Source of the DNA: Octopus vulgaris
Taxonomy: Eukaryota
Length of the DNA: 64,000 nt
Assembly: GCA_951406725.2 (NCBI GenBank)
Contig: OX597822.1
Span: forward strand, 86,180,001 to 86,244,000
Direction of reading: 5' to 3'
Shown here: one piece after another, positions 36,421 to 50,276 of the stretch
Numbering within the stretch: the stretch's first letter is position 1
Layout: each line of letters starts with the position of its first letter
Notes under the pieces: generated by a model
Databases searched by the model: none
What the model was told of the DNA's origin: nothing
What the model saw: only the letters and a program-made list of their open reading frames with translations
Translations under genes and position numbers: made by a program

Positions 36421-37425
36421 TCATCATCATCATCATCATTATCATCATCATCTTAACGTCCATTTTCCATGCTGGCATGGGTTAGACGGTTTGACCAGAG
36501 CTGGCAAGCTGTGGAACTGCATCAGGTTCCTCTCTGATTGGTTTCTACAGCTGGCTGCCCTTCCTAATGCCAACCACTTTACAGTGTGTGCAGGGTGCTT
36601 TTAACATAGCACTGGTATGAGCAGTTCTATGTGGCACTGGCACGAGTGCTTTTTATGTGGCACTAGCACAAGACTCTTGCAAGCCAATCCTTTTCACCAG
36701 GAGGAGTGGGGGTCTTAACACTTCTGCTGTGGAGAATGTGTCTTCTCAAGTACAGCAAGGCACCAGTTATCTCGGTCCTTTGTCATTCCATCTGAAAGGT
36801 TCAGCATCCTGAGGTCATCTTTCAATACCTTATCCCATATCTTCCTGGATCACCCTCTTCCATGAGTTCCATCCACTTTGAGAGATCAGCACTTCTTTAT
36901 GGAGCTGTCAGCATCCACCTGCATCACATGACCAAATCAGTGCAGCCATCTCTCTTGCACATTGCATCTAATTCCTCTAATGCCTAGCTTATCTCTCAAA
37001 ACACTAACACTCTGTTGAACATGTACACTTACATTGCACATCCAGTAGAGCTTACAAGCCTCATTCCTCTCTATCTCTCGCATCTCCTCTGCATCCAGGG
37101 CCCACATCTCACTACTATGGTGAATTGCTGTTCTTTTACATGCATCATACAATCTTCTTTTCACTCAAAGAGAGAAACCAACAAAGATAAAAGCTCTCTG
37201 AATTTTCTCCATCCTATTCTTATTCTAGCTATTACACTTGCTGTACATTCTCCCCCACTACTAATTTGGTCCTCCAGGTAGCAGAAATTATCCATTACCT
37301 CTAATGACTCCAGGGCATTTGAAAAAATCAATTTCCCAAGTATCTTTAGTTTTTTATGGCTCCTATGCACCTTCTACATACAAACACTGCTGTTTCTGAT
37401 AACCTTCCTATTATTCCACTGCATT
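36421..37425 (-). mobile_element. 5'-truncated RTE LINE
   Basis: NFCYLEDQISSGG, RIRIGWRKFRELL, RRLYDAC; (CAT)n tail at 36421. Confidence 0.83.
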
Positions 37426-37457
37426 TTTTAAATAAGTATTTCAAATTTTACAATTAT

Positions 37458-37720
37458 CATCTCTATATTATAATTCTGAAATGCAAATAGTTTGTTTGTC
37501 TGATTTTGGGCATTGAGAAGGGGTTAAAGGCCACTAGATCCCGTCGGATTGACTCCAAAATTTGCAGGGACATGTAAAATGAGGTGAGGATGCAAGTGAG
37601 CTAGGTTAGAAATCCCTATCTTAAAAGGTGTGGTTACTAGGGCAAAAAACGCACACTTTGACAAGTCTTCTCTCTTTCACATATGACCATTTCTATTGAT
37701 GTCCATCACTCTAATGAGTC
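37458..37720 (+). mobile_element. Helitron-like 5' fragment
   Basis: Starts ATCTCTATATTATAA followed by GTTTGTTTGTC and CGGATTGACTCCAAAATTTG, typical of non-autonomous Helitron 5' ends. Confidence 0.35.
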
Positions 37721-37767
37721 TGTCAATCCAACACTTTCATAATAATAATAATAATAATAATCTGTTA

Positions 37768-37935
37768 GGCATGGCTGTGTGGTTAGGGAGCTTGCTTCCT
37801 AGCTACATGGTTTCGGGTTCAGTCCCACTGCGTGGCACTTTGGGTAGGTGTCTTCCACTATAGCCCCGAGCCGACCGGAGCTTTGTGATTGAATTCGGTA
37901 GGTGGAAGTTACTGCCGTGTGTGTATGTGTGCGTA
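37768..37935 (+). mobile_element. CORE-like tRNA SINE 5' half
   Basis: GGCATGGCTGTGTGGTTAGG...GGGTTCAGTCCCACTGCGTGGCAC..., ending in a TG-rich run. Confidence 0.78.
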
Positions 37936-38015
37936 TAGCTGCTCAGTGCCTCTCCAAAAGAGAGAGAGGGAATTAAATATTAATGGTTAATTTTGATTTT
38001 TGATTACTTTTTCAG

Positions 38016-38108
38016 GTGGAATTGTGTCTGGTCAGGTCCTCCACAGAAATGTTCAGAAAAGTGCAGAATTTTTGAGATAAGCTTCAAACCAATTTCCTAC
38101 CCTACTAA
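38016..38108 (+). CDS. FBXL4: FBXL4 coding exon 4
   Basis: tttttcag|WNCVWSGPPQKCSEKCRIFEISFKPISYPT(N)|gtaagt; 93 nt, phase 2/2. Confidence 0.9.
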
Positions 38109-38921
38109 GTAAGTTTTTATTTTTCTCACTTGTCATTGAGAAAACTTGGAGATAAAAACCAGACAATATGTTGGTCATTTTCTCTGCTCATTTGATAATT
38201 AACATTTTCTCTTCCTTTCTCTGCAGATGTCCCCTTATGTTTCACATAGGCCTGTCTCTTCTGACACCCTATAAACATGCATTTCCTTTGCCATTATCCT
38301 AAAGTTGTCTCCAGCACTTTCAGCCTAAATCTCCCAAGTTTTGAAGGCTTGAAAATGTTCTTGTAATGAAATTGATTAAGCATCAGCCCAAACACTGCAC
38401 CTTACTCTTAGTTTAGGTGCTTAACTCTTCCAGTTTTAGTCTTTTTAAATAGGTTGAAAAGATTCATTACTGGATTAAATGAATTATAATATTTACTTTC
38501 AGCTCCCTTCCCTGTAAATTTAATTCACATTGTAGCTGATTAAATGTTGAGATAAGTTTCTGTTAATGAAATTATAATTTTTGAGCTTATTAACCTTAAT
38601 TTTTGGAGAGGAAACTTGGAGATGACATTTTGATTGTTTTCATCTTTGATCAGGATCAGATGTCTTTGTCCTTGATGTATCCATGGTAACAAACTGTCTC
38701 AGTGGCCTACATTACTTCATTTAGTTTAGAGATAGTTGTGATTGTTAGCAGTCCAGTCTGGTACAGTGTACTTATCCAAAAATTAGACATTTCATGGATG
38801 TGATTGGTCAGAAATCAAAACAATGAAAATGTAGTTTAGACATGATAAAAAAAAATGTTTCATAATTAAACTGAAGGTTACTAGTTTGTAAAATTGTAAT
38901 CTTTCATTTAAAAATGTATGC

Positions 38922-41645
38922 ATCATCGTCATCATCATCATCATCATCATCGTCATTTAACATTGGTCTTCCATGCTGGCATGGGTTTGATAGGATCTAA
39001 TGAGCCAGAGGACTGTTTTGGTATGGTTTCTATAGCTGGATGGCCTTCCTAACACCAGTTGCTTTATGGGGTATACTAGATTTTTTTTATCCTGACACCA
39101 GCACTAGTGAGGTCAGCAAATAACTCACAAGGCAAAAGAAAAAGAAGCTGTCTCAGCTGAGTGGTGTTGTAGAGAGAGAAGCAGTTTTCTGCATGGTGTT
39201 GAGAGACTAAACTATAGGAGAGGGCTTGGCACAGGTATTGTGCAAGAGTGGGTACATAGGAGTAGGTGTGGGTAGCTGGGAAAAACACAATGGTGGGGAT
39301 GATGTGGTGTCAGAGCACAGCCTCAAAGTACAAGAAAGTGAAAGGGAGAATATCAAACAAGGATCTGGAAGAATGGGTGATAGGTTGATAGGAGCATGAG
39401 AGGAGAGTAACAGGTAGTTAAAGGTGAATGATATGCAAGGGTGGAGGTGTGGTTGATGAGAAATATGTCTGGGATGAAAACACAAGGTGAAAAAGTGGAA
39501 GAACAGGAAAAGTGGAAAGCAGCAGTATACTAAATCTGTAGAATAAATCAGAAAATAAGGAAATGACGTGGGAGTAGGGGAGGTGTAGCAATTCGAAGTT
39601 GTATCTCAGAGGAGAAAGAAGTGCAGAGGAGAAAGAAGCGCAGAAAAGGGTACTCAGTGGAAAATAGAGTAGGAAGACATGATATTGAGAATGAATGAAG
39701 GATGTTAAAGGAAGTGATTCGAGAAAGAGAGGTGGGGAGTAACTAGCAGCATGAGGAAGATAGAGTATGTACAGATTCTGCTGTCATATGAATACAGCTG
39801 CTGAACAGTGCCATATGGGTCTCCTCAAGCACAGTGAATTCTCAATCATTGTCCTTTGTCACTTCCTCTCTGAAGTTCAATCAACTTTCAGAACTTCATC
39901 CGATGTCTTCCTGGGTCTCCCCCATCCCTGAGTTATACCTGCGGACTGGAGAACAGCGATAATCTGCCCAATTTTCAAGAAAGGGAGCCACGAAGACCCG
40001 CTTAACTACTGACCGGTTTCCCTTACATCAATAATCAGCAAGATGTTCGAAACCATCCTTAAGAAAAGTATGATGCTCCACCTCCAAAACACAGCCTCTA
40101 TCTCTGATTCCCAACACGGCTTCGTGTCGAAGAGATCATGCTTGACCAACTTACTGGTAATGGAAGAATTGGTGACGCGCATCCTCGATGATAGTGATGC
40201 TGTTGACATCGTTTTATTGGACTTTGCCAAAGCTTTTGACTCGGTAAACCACCGCCTATTACTTGTCAAGCTTCAAGCATATAGTTTCCATTCCGGATAT
40301 TGTACGATGGGTTGGTGCCTTCCTCTCAGATTGCTCCTTCCAAGTCCAAGTTAATGGTTCGCGGTCCGACGTCTCCAGTGCGAGCAGTGGCGTGCCTCAA
40401 GGTTCAGTGCTTGGGCCCTTATTGTTCTTAGTCTTCATAAATGACTTGCCCGATGGCCTCATGCAACACACCCTTCTATTTGCCGACGATATCAAACTGG
40501 TCACTCCTCGCGGTGATATAGAGGATCTTCGTCAATGCCTCCACCAAGTTTGGAGGTGGTCTAACGAATGGGACCTGTGTCTGAACGTGTCAAAGTGCTG
40601 TCATCTGCCTGTTGGCTCTCCTCCTGCAACTCAACTTGATTTCGAGCCGGGTCGCCTGCTGCTGGAGAGGACCGATCAGGTAAAGGACCTGGGTATCTTG
40701 GTGGATTCCTCCTTTTCGCCTTCGGCCCAGTGCGTCCATGCTGCCAACAAAGCACGCGGAATTCTGTTCTTGATTCGACGGTCATTCGGAATGCTCACAG
40801 CAGCCATATTCCTACCACTTTATGTCACGCTGGTGAGACCCATATTGGAGTACGGGATTCAAGCCTCTTCTCCTTATCTCCTCAAAGACATACAGCATCT
40901 CGAAAGAGTCCAGAAGCTGGCTACCCGCATGGTTCATGGTCTCAAAAATTTGTCCTATGAAGAAAGGCTGAGGACGCTCGACCTTTATTCTCTAGAAAAA
41001 CGCCGCCGCTGTGGTGATCTCATTCTCGCCCACAACATCATAAGCGGAAAGTGTAACCTCTCGAAAGAGCTGTTCTTCACTCCTGCTCCAGAGCGTCGGC
41101 TGCGGGGTCATTCCGAAAAGCTCTACCTGCGACGATTTCATCTCAATCGAAGGAGAGGAGCTTTCTCCGTCCGGGTTGCAGATTTGTGGAACAAGCTGCC
41201 AGACGAGATGGTGAAGATGCCGACGACCGCTTTGTTCAAAGCCTCCCTTGACCTCAAGTGGCCTAAACTCGTTACATGAACACCACCCTGTACTTAACTC
41301 CATGTCCCCCTACATGGCCTTGCTATTTGCTTTTGAGCCAAATTAACTAACTAACTAACTAAACGTCACATGACCATACCAACACCGTCCTCTCTCTCTT
41401 GCACACTACATTTGATCCCTCTTCTGCTCAATACATTTACACTGACATTATACATACAGCAGAGCATGGTAATTTTGTCTCTTTCAAGCTTTTGCATGTC
41501 CTCTACATTCAGGACCCATGTCTCAGTAACATGTGGCATTGCTGTTCCTGCACAAACATCATAAAATCTGCTTTTCACTCAAAGAGAGAGAAACCTATCA
41601 TTGTCAACAGAGGTTCAGAGCTCTCTGAACTTTCTCCATCCTTTT
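38922..41645 (-). mobile_element. Old RTE LINE split by a CR1 insertion
   Basis: (CAT)n tail at 38922, purine-rich 3'UTR on the + strand, GRPRKT remnant near 39905, resuming at 41366 (ETWVLNVEDMQKLER). Confidence 0.75.
39931..41363 (+). mobile_element. Young 5'-truncated CR1-clade LINE (RT domain), (TAAC)n tail
   Basis: IPADWRTAIICPIFKKG, QHGFVSKRSCLTNL, DFAKAFDSVNH, GVPQGSVLGPLLF, FADDIKL, DLGI. Only one stop (40010-40012) and one frameshift (about 40291); CpG-rich. Confidence 0.95.
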
Positions 41646-41839
41646 ATTATTCTCTCAATTCTCTGTTTATCATATATTGAAGCTGGTTCATTTGGTTTTA
41701 CATAACCAAAAAAAAATTTCAAAAGTAAAATTAAATTAATTTTAAAAGATAAGCAAAAAAAAAAAAAACAATTCATAAAAAACATAATAGCTGTTTATTT
41801 TGTATAAATTATGTAATTTAACAATTCTTTGTGTTGCAG

Positions 41840-42038
41840 TTTATTTCGCATTGAATTCCATCACCGAATGTTACAGTATTATACAGAGATTGATGCCATA
41901 CAGCTGATAGGTTACAAACCAAATCTTGAAAATTATATTGTTTCCCAGATTTCATTTAGTACAGCCATTACTTCACCTGATGCCATTCAAAGGGATTCTT
42001 TAACTGAAATGGATGGAGGTTATTTTAAACTATTACCG
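41840..42038 (+). CDS. FBXL4: FBXL4 coding exon 5
   Basis: ttgcag|LFRIEFHHRMLQYYTEIDAIQLIG...DGGYFKLLP|gtaagt; 199 nt; ends at the start of the F-box. Confidence 0.93.
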
Positions 42039-43472
42039 GTAAGTATATTTGATAGTGTATACATCTATAAGGGCAACAAGCTGGCAGAATTGTTAGCATG
42101 CAGGGCAAAATGCTTAGCAGCATTTCATGTGTCTTTACGTTCTGAGTTCAAATTTTGTCACGGTCAACTTTGCCTTTCATTCTTTTGGGATCAATAAAAT
42201 TAAGTATCAGTTGAGTACTGGGCTTGATGTAATCTACTTACCCACTCCCTGAATTTGCTGGCCTTGTGCCAAGTGCTACCATTTGAAAGCCCTGCATACA
42301 AATGCTAGCAAACTTATGGAGTTACCAGGAGAGAATGCACACCATTTCAGGGCCTTCCTCTCAATGGCATCATTGCTCACTGGCCTCCCCTCACTGAAAT
42401 GAGGCCTCACTTGCTAGATCAACTGATTGCTAGGTTTTGCTTGATATTCTTCTAGCCATTGCTCATCGTCTCTTTTTAATAAAATCCTCTTTTTCTTTAT
42501 TCTTTATCTCTTCTGGTAAAGTTGGTTAGATGTATTTGAAAATGTTATCATTGCATGAAACCCCCTTATCAGTCTTCAACATTTAAATTGTGGAGGGAGA
42601 ATAATGTCTAATTTAATGGATGTTGGTTGACTTGCGTTGTTGTTTACTCCCAACTCAGTCCTAAATAAGATGACCTATGAAGAAGGGCATTATAGCCACA
42701 ACCATGCTGCTGTCTGTATGTATGTTTATGACTTTATTGTCTAATATGGCCTTCCTATTTAAAGCTGATATTATGTGATTTCAGTGGAATTTGGTTGCCA
42801 CTGTTGCTAGTCCTAGGAGCTGGGGAGTAGGAGCAGCTGCAGTATTATTAGCAAAGAAAAGAAAATACATAATTACCATTTTAGAATTGTGTTTTTAATT
42901 TTGCAGAAATGAACTCAGATGTTGCCCTGTAAAAAGTTTTGTGATACTGACTTTCTGTTTAAAGAAACAGATGTCTAATAATCACTTAAAGCCAAGAAAA
43001 TTGGGAGAAGCTCCCACACATGGCAACATCTAATGACATGTTGATTAAAGAAAAATTGTCATTTCTATTGTGTGTTTTTTATTTATTTCATCTTTGTCTT
43101 TCTTCCATTGTCTTAAATTGCTTTTATTCACTTTCATATGTCCACTTTCATATCGTTTGTTATCCATGTATTGTTTGCTCTCAGTTTCATATTCTCTGCA
43201 ACCTTCATGGGCACTGCCAGCATGGGAAGCATCTCAGCCTCATCATTAATGGTGCAAAACTGAGTGATAGCATCAGGTTGATAACTGATGAAGAATTAGG
43301 CACCTGCTCTGTCCATGTGTGCATTCAATATACGTTACATATTTTCTACTTTCCATTTGTGTATTTACTATACATTTTTCACTTATTTTATATATATATA
43401 CACACACACACTCTGCTTTATGCACTAAGTTCTATTTTTCTATTTGTAAACCCAAATCTCTCTATCTCCCTG

Positions 43473-43513
<41 letters not shown>

Positions 43514-43800
43514 GAACAGATGTTAAATTATGATGATGACAACAACAACAACAATTATTATTATTATTATTTAGGTGGTGAGCTAGCAGAATCATTAGTA
43601 CACCAGGCAAAATGTCCAATAGTATTTCATCACATTCTGAGTTCAAATTCTTCCAAGGTCCACTTTACCTTCCATCCTTTCGAGGTTTATAAAATAAGTA
43701 CCACAAAACTTACCTCCTACCCTGAACTTGCTGGCCTTGTGCCAAAATTTAAAACTACTACTACTACTACTATTATTATTATTATATATTTATTTTTCAG

Positions 43801-43871
43801 CAGGAAATACTATTTTTCTTGTTGAGCTATCTTGATCAAGTTTCTTTATGTTTACTTTCACAAACTTGCAA
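43801..43871 (+). CDS. FBXL4: FBXL4 coding exon 6 (F-box)
   Basis: tttttcag|QEILFFLLSYLDQVSLCLLSQTC(K)|gtaaga; 71 nt; tandem CAGCAG acceptor. Confidence 0.9.
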
Positions 43872-44804
43872 GTAAGATTCAACTATTTATTACTTTATAA
43901 TAATATATTCCTTTTAGTTCCAGTAACCAAAATGTATATTGTGACCTATTTTATTCTAGATTTGATTAAACCTTTACAATGTTATCTATTATTATTATCA
44001 GTCCTCCTTGTAATTTAATTCTAGATATTTCACTTAGAATTGAATGAATATTTGCATATTTATTCTTAACACATCTATGCAAGTTCAGACGCTAAATATG
44101 CTGTTCCCTGTAGTGTATGTCTTAGAAGAATGACTTTTCCATTTCAGACAACTGTGTGTTCAACACATTCGTCTCAGTGGTGCATGGCATTCTGGGACAC
44201 CAGTGTTTTGACATGTTCTGTCTCATCAGCCACAACCAGAACTTTGAGGTTTGCCAAAACTGCTTCTTTATAATTTATTTGTTGATTGAAGCAAACCTGG
44301 ATTAGAGAGGGCATGTCATTGAAGTTGTGAATAGCATTGATGAGGTTATGAATGATAAACGTAGCTGATTGGTTGGTTAACCAAATAATTAATCAAACAA
44401 TCAATTAGTTAAATGATCAACCAGTTGACTAATAAAAGTAAAAAAGTGAAATTGAACCAGTGTGTGTGCTTATTATTGGCATGATGACCCTCCCAAGATA
44501 CAACAGGAAAAAGTGTTGAATACCTAAATACCTATATAATAACTAGTACAACTACTTTTAATCTTCGTTAAAGAGAATCCACTAATTCATTGCAACTTCG
44601 TTTACCTTTATTCTGTTCCCGCATCTTTTATCTGGAAATGATTATTATCAGGTCACCAGCTATTAATTTTTCATAATTCCTAGAATTTTTCATTCATTTC
44701 TCTTTAACCTACACTAAATGAATACCTTTTAAATTTCAAGTCTGCTTCATTAAAATTTTAAAGCTAATTAAAACTGAAGTCTCAGTTTAAATTTTATTTG
44801 TTAG

Positions 44805-44874
44805 GTATCTTAGAGATAGTACATATGATGCTTTCCTCTGGACAAAAGTCAACTTAAAGCCATATTGGTACAAG
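44805..44874 (+). CDS. FBXL4: FBXL4 coding exon 7 (end of F-box)
   Basis: tttgttag|YLRDSTYDAFLWTKVNLKPYWYK|gtaact; 70 nt; matches LNLQPYW. Confidence 0.9.
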
Positions 44875-46844
44875 GTAACTCTCCTTTTATGTCTTCTATT
44901 ATTGCTCCACTCAAAAATCCTTCTTCTCTCTCCCTAATTTATTCCATGCTCTCTATACTATCTCAACACACAAACTTGCAAAGGAAAACTCTTCTTGATC
45001 ACTCAGCCTACTAAAAATGCTAGTCAAATCTTCCTCAGATTACACTCTACCATCTAGAAAAGAGAGAGAAAAGCATTGGATATGCAATGCCTAAGAGAAT
45101 GATGGGATGGTCATGGCTGGGTAACCTTTGATCATATGTCTACACAGCCAGAGCTGACTTACACTAAACTATTATCATAACCTTACCAACTCGTCCTTAT
45201 CAGAAAGTCTAACAAAGCCTACACAAATTTTATGACCACTGGACCTCCTCTTCCTCCTGATTTCATTGACAGTTTTCTGTCCCTGTAGAGTACATAGATA
45301 GGAACCACCAAGGTACCAGGCAATCAGCTGAGATGCAGTAGTATGTACACTTAAATGTCCCAGAGTTTGTCATAAGTGGAGTGGGCTTTGTGAGGATTGA
45401 AAAGCCAGTGAACAAATTGCTGTGTTAACTAAACTTTTGAAACTTGTCAAACACTTTGATGAAAGAAGAGTCTTATGGTATTTGTCTGTTTGAGAACCTC
45501 TGACATCATCCACCTAGTTCTGTGCTCTAAACAATAGCAGCATTATAGATCTGGCCAGTCTTTTGCTGTCTTGAAGTATTGAACTTAGAGAGGAATTGAC
45601 TTTGCCAATCTGACTTCACCAAGACACACAACGTTTAAAAAAAATGCAAATGATGGAGTGAAATATCTGTCAAAACACACCTTATTGTCTGACAAAAATG
45701 AAGACCATATTGCATAATGTCTTGTGTCCCCTCCCCTAAAATATGGGAATGTTTTTGATTATAGTTCTATTCATTGCTAAGCTGGAGCTAATCAGCATGA
45801 AGACAATATCTTGACTCATTTCTAACAACCTTTTGGATTATGGGAATCGCTCTCCCTTCTCCCCTACTCCTGCATCATTGCTTCTACCTTAAACTGTCAA
45901 TTGTAAGCTTTTATTCTACTTTCTTTTTTATTCTTTCTTCTGTCAACTTACCTCCCAGACTTCTGTCAATCCTTCTCTATTAAAACTGTAACCATTCTTA
46001 AATTTCTTCATTTTCACAGCAAATCTAATTGAATGTTAACCTCACACAATTTTTTTATATATTCCTGTCTATGAGGCTGCAATAAGCTCTGGGTAACCCC
46101 AATTCTACTTCAGAAAAAGTAATTAAATTAATTAAAATAAGTTAGTGTTTTTATCTATTGATATTATGTCATATGTAGAGAATTTAATTTGAAGATTTTA
46201 TCTGATATTAAAGTATTTATTAAGTTTTGTGTCCTTTTACACACTCAGAGTTGCTAAAGCATGGAACAAATATTTTTCTCTTGAACAAAATCATAAAACT
46301 GAGATTTGTTTGAGGATGAGAGTTGAGATTCTTCTGGAAAGAAAAGTATTGGATTCCATGAGGATATTTAAAGTTACATTTTAAAGCATTTGAAAGTGCT
46401 GCTGCTATGTAAAAAGTGCCTGTGCGGTGTCACAAAGAAAGCACTCATGATGGTGCCACAGAAAAAGCACTGGTGCTGGTGCCACAGAAAAAGCACCCAG
46501 TACACTCTGTAAAGTGGTTGGTGTTAGGAAGGGTATCTAGCTGTAGAAACCATGCCAAAACAGACACTGGAACCTTGGTTGTCCCTGGTCTTGCCAGTTC
46601 CTGTCAAACTGTCCAACCCATGCCAGCATGGAAAACAGACATTAGATGATGATGACAATGACTTGTTATGTCAGTGCATGCCAATCAACCAAAATGGTAA
46701 AGAGCTTTAAGATCATATCTCACCACCCTTTTGAGTCCTTAACAAAGATACGTATTATCAATAATCTCATAATAGGTTAGGTTTCTATCAGCAAAGTCAA
46801 AGAAGGTCAAGAATGTCATGTGGTGAGGTCAGACAATGAGATAT

Positions 46845-47690
46845 AATAAATAATAATAATAATAATAATAATAATGAAATTATTGTGTATAGTGCTCAGG
46901 TGCACTACAACTTATCAAAGGTGCATGTACAGTACACAGAATTATGTACAAAAGTCAGGAAAGTGAACAGTGCATGAGTCATGATAGTCATGTGTGCATG
47001 CATATGGAGGAGGGGGCAGATATCAGATGTAGTGTTGGTGAATTTCAGGAAGCATGGAGGTTTTAAAGGGTGCAATGTCTCAGCAACTAACAACTGATGC
47101 AGGTAGTTTGTTCCATGCTTCAACGACCTGAGTGTGAAAAAATGTTTCCGAAAGTCATGGGAGCTGTACTGTTTTCTGACTTTGTAAGCATGCCCGTGTG
47201 TGGTAGACACATGAAGCTCAAAAAGGTGCTGAAGGTGGTTGTTGATGCGATGGTTAATAATTTTGTGAGTGTTTACTAAGTCAGTTGCTAGACACTGGTG
47301 CTTTAATGTATCTATGCCCAGGGAAGCAAGGCGTTCAGGCTACAGTAGATGCCTGATGGAGGGTATTCGCTTGTCCTGAGCAAGATAGGGGTTCCAGACT
47401 GGTGATGCAAATTGCAAGTGTGGCCACTCCATAGCCATATACAGCCTTAAATAGATAGCTGGAAGAGCGGCTGACAAAGGTCTTGCTGAGTGATGCCAAG
47501 ATACCCTCGGCTTTCTTGACAATTTTAGAGATGTGCTTTGTCCAGTGCAAATCACTGCTGATAGTAATGCCCAGATCGTGTTCACAAGGAGACTTCTTGA
47601 TATTAGTGTTGTTGAGAGAGGATGTGGATGCTGGGTTTTTCCTCCCAAAATGCTTGTTGAATTTAATTGTCAAACATAGAAACTATATTC
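46845..47690 (-). mobile_element. CR1-clade LINE 3' fragment, same family as 23900-24475
   Basis: CEHDLGITISSDLHWTKHI, FASPVWNPY, HDFRKHFFTLR; (TAA)n tail at 46845-46875. Confidence 0.87.
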
Positions 47691-47819
47691 CAATAATGAC
47701 ACTTACACTAACTATTATTTATAGATATTTATAATTTGTGCAAAACTGTAACAGGTGAATTAATAGATATCATTAAAGTAAAACAAAATCAATAAAGAAA
47801 GTATGTTTAATTATTTCAG

Positions 47820-47917
47820 GTGTCTGATAAAACTTTGAATAGTTTGGTTTCAAGATGTAAAAAGTTGAATAAATTAGATGTCTCATGGTGTAACGTAACA
47901 GATTTAAGCCTGAAAGG
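47820..47917 (+). CDS. FBXL4: FBXL4 coding exon 8 (LRR)
   Basis: tatttcag|VSDKTLNSLVSRCKKLNKLDVSWCNVTDLSLK(G)|gtaagt; 98 nt. Confidence 0.9.
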
Positions 47918-50166
47918 GTAAGTCTTAATATTCCTAGTTTTTCAATAATGTTTTTTAATCAACAATATCTCTGGTCAAAGTATCCAGCCAAGAGATTATA
48001 AGTTTTGCATCAGTTGATGTCATCAAAGTTTTAATTCACAAGTTTTTTAGTTAATTTAACATTTATCCCATAGACTGCTCAGGAGGTCACTATCATTTTC
48101 TGTTTACACCTATTGTGTTAACAGTGGTATATTCAAATATTTAGAGCTTACATTATTTCTATCAAGTTTATCTTATATTCATTGCAATGGATTTAGATTA
48201 CAAACTAGAAATTGCACAACTATTTCATCATGCAATTTCTTAATAAAGAAAGCTTTCTCTTCTGCATTCCTATTATTCTTACTTTCATTGCTGATTTCCT
48301 GTCTTTTCTTTAATATTTCTACCTAAGCAACATCAGTTGTTTTACTTATTCAAGATGGTTGAGAAAAATATCACTTTGATACCTTCAACATCATGCTCTG
48401 TTTAAGCTACTTCAGTAAATAATTACTACAATAAAGCTAATAATAATTATATAAACATCATCATTATCATCATTGTCATTTAATATCCGTTTTCCATGCT
48501 GGGATGGGTTGAACAGGAGCGGGGCAGCCAAAGGGCTGCACCAGTCTCCAATTGTCTGGTTTGGCATGGTTTCTATTGCTGGATGCCCTTCTTAATGTCA
48601 ACCAGTTTACAGAATGTACTGGGTGCTTTTTATATGGTACCCGCACCAGTGCTTTACATGTGGCACCAGTACGGGTGCTTTTTTCATGGAACCATTAAAT
48701 AAAATTATTATTCATCATACCTTTAAGAATATAACCTATTAAATTAACTTTAACATTCCTTGTCCTCTCCTTATATCCACCCCACGCACCCCTACATCTA
48801 CTAATTTTCAATTTACATTTGTGATATTTTTTATTAATCTGTCAATCAAGCACTCACACAAATGCAAAATGTATAACGATCTCTTAAGATTGAATATCAT
48901 ATCTCAAGTGATGAAACATTTTGAACTTGAAATTTTCCTAAACTAATTGCCGTAGTCTGAGGCAGTTCTATTTTTATTTTATTACTGAATGTTTAATGTT
49001 GGAAAAAGCATCCAGAGTTTAAAATCTAAATTGCTGGAATTTTATGCAAATGTAGAGTTTTATGCTAGAATTAACACTTATATGGATATAAGACAACTAA
49101 TAAATCTATTTAAGTTTTGGAAACTGTAATTTTTTTGTCTTGCAAGGTACTTGGGGACCCTGTCAGTGCTGATGCCACTTAGAAAGCACCAGTGTTGGTG
49201 CCACATAAAATGCACCTAGTACACTCTGTAAAGCTGTTAAGTAGTTAGGGTTAGGATGGGCATCCATCTGTAGAAACCTTAACAAAGCAGAGAATGGAAC
49301 TTGATACAGCTCCTGTCAAACTGTCCAACCCATGCCAGCATGGAAAACGGATGTTAAGTGATGATGATAATGATGATGATTTCTTGAATACTAAGCATGA
49401 ATAATCCCAAGTTAATCTAATTACTACATATTAAATTGTCATGTGTTGACAAATATATTTTATAAGTTTTGAAGTATTACTGTATCAACATCATCATCAT
49501 CCTCGTCGATTAACGTCCGCTTTCCATGCTGACATGGGTTGGACGGTTTGACTGAGGGCAGGTGAGCCAGATGGCTGTACCAGGCTCAATTTGGCAAAGT
49601 TTCTACAGCTGGATGCCCTTCCTAACGCCAACAACTCTGAGAGTGTAGTGGGTGCTTTTACATACCACCGGTACGAGGGCCAGTCAGGCGGATCTGGCAA
49701 CGACCACGCTCAAAAGCTATTTTTTACGTGCTACCTGCACGGGAACCAGTCTGGCAGCACTGGCAACAACCACGCTCGAATGTTGTTTTTCACATGCCAC
49801 CGTGTCGGTAAGGCAACGCTGGCTACGATCATGCTCAAATGGTGCTTTTAACACTCTACTGGCACCAGTGCCAATCAGGTGATACTGTCATCAGCCACGT
49901 CAGCGATTTTGATTTGACTTCACTTGCCTCAATAGGTCTTCACAAGCAAAGTTTATTTATTTCCTAAACTCAACAAAGGAACATCTCACAGCAGTTGTGG
50001 TTGTAACTTTTCAAGTCTCCACTGATTTGTGATCCTTTCAAATTGTGAGCAACAAAATATTTATTTATTATTAAATATCACTTAATTCAATGATACTATA
50101 TCAAACATAAATAATTCATTTTATGCGATGATAACTTTAAAGTTCATTAAATTTGCTTTCTTACAG

Positions 50167-50276
50167 ACTTCTTGTTGCCTCTAGCACCAACCTGATATGT
50201 TTGCGGTTAGCATGCTGTGATTTTATAACTCTGACCTCTCTGCAAATACTAGTTAAGGCCTGCACAAATTTGGAAG
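50167..50276 (+). CDS. FBXL4: FBXL4 coding exon 9 (LRR)
   Basis: ttcttacag|LLVASSTNLICLRLACCDFITLTSLQILVKACTNLE|G-gtaaga; 110 nt. Confidence 0.9.

Noticed and set aside
37768-37840. tRNA-like A/B box sequences (also near 190-250, 15040-15113, 26500-26562)
   Set aside because: No closed cloverleaf; each continues into a SINE body.
40043-41279. RT ORFs as a domesticated gene or retron-like system
   Set aside because: 5'-truncated, with a stop, a frameshift and a simple-repeat tail; an ordinary dead LINE copy.
43020-43825. Two 168-aa ORFs
   Set aside because: Microsatellite- and SINE-derived low complexity; the real exon at 43801 is in another frame.
42280-45620. Faint transposase- or LINE-like remnants near 42280-42470, 44100-44350 and 45240-45620
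   Set aside because: Too degenerate to classify without a database search.
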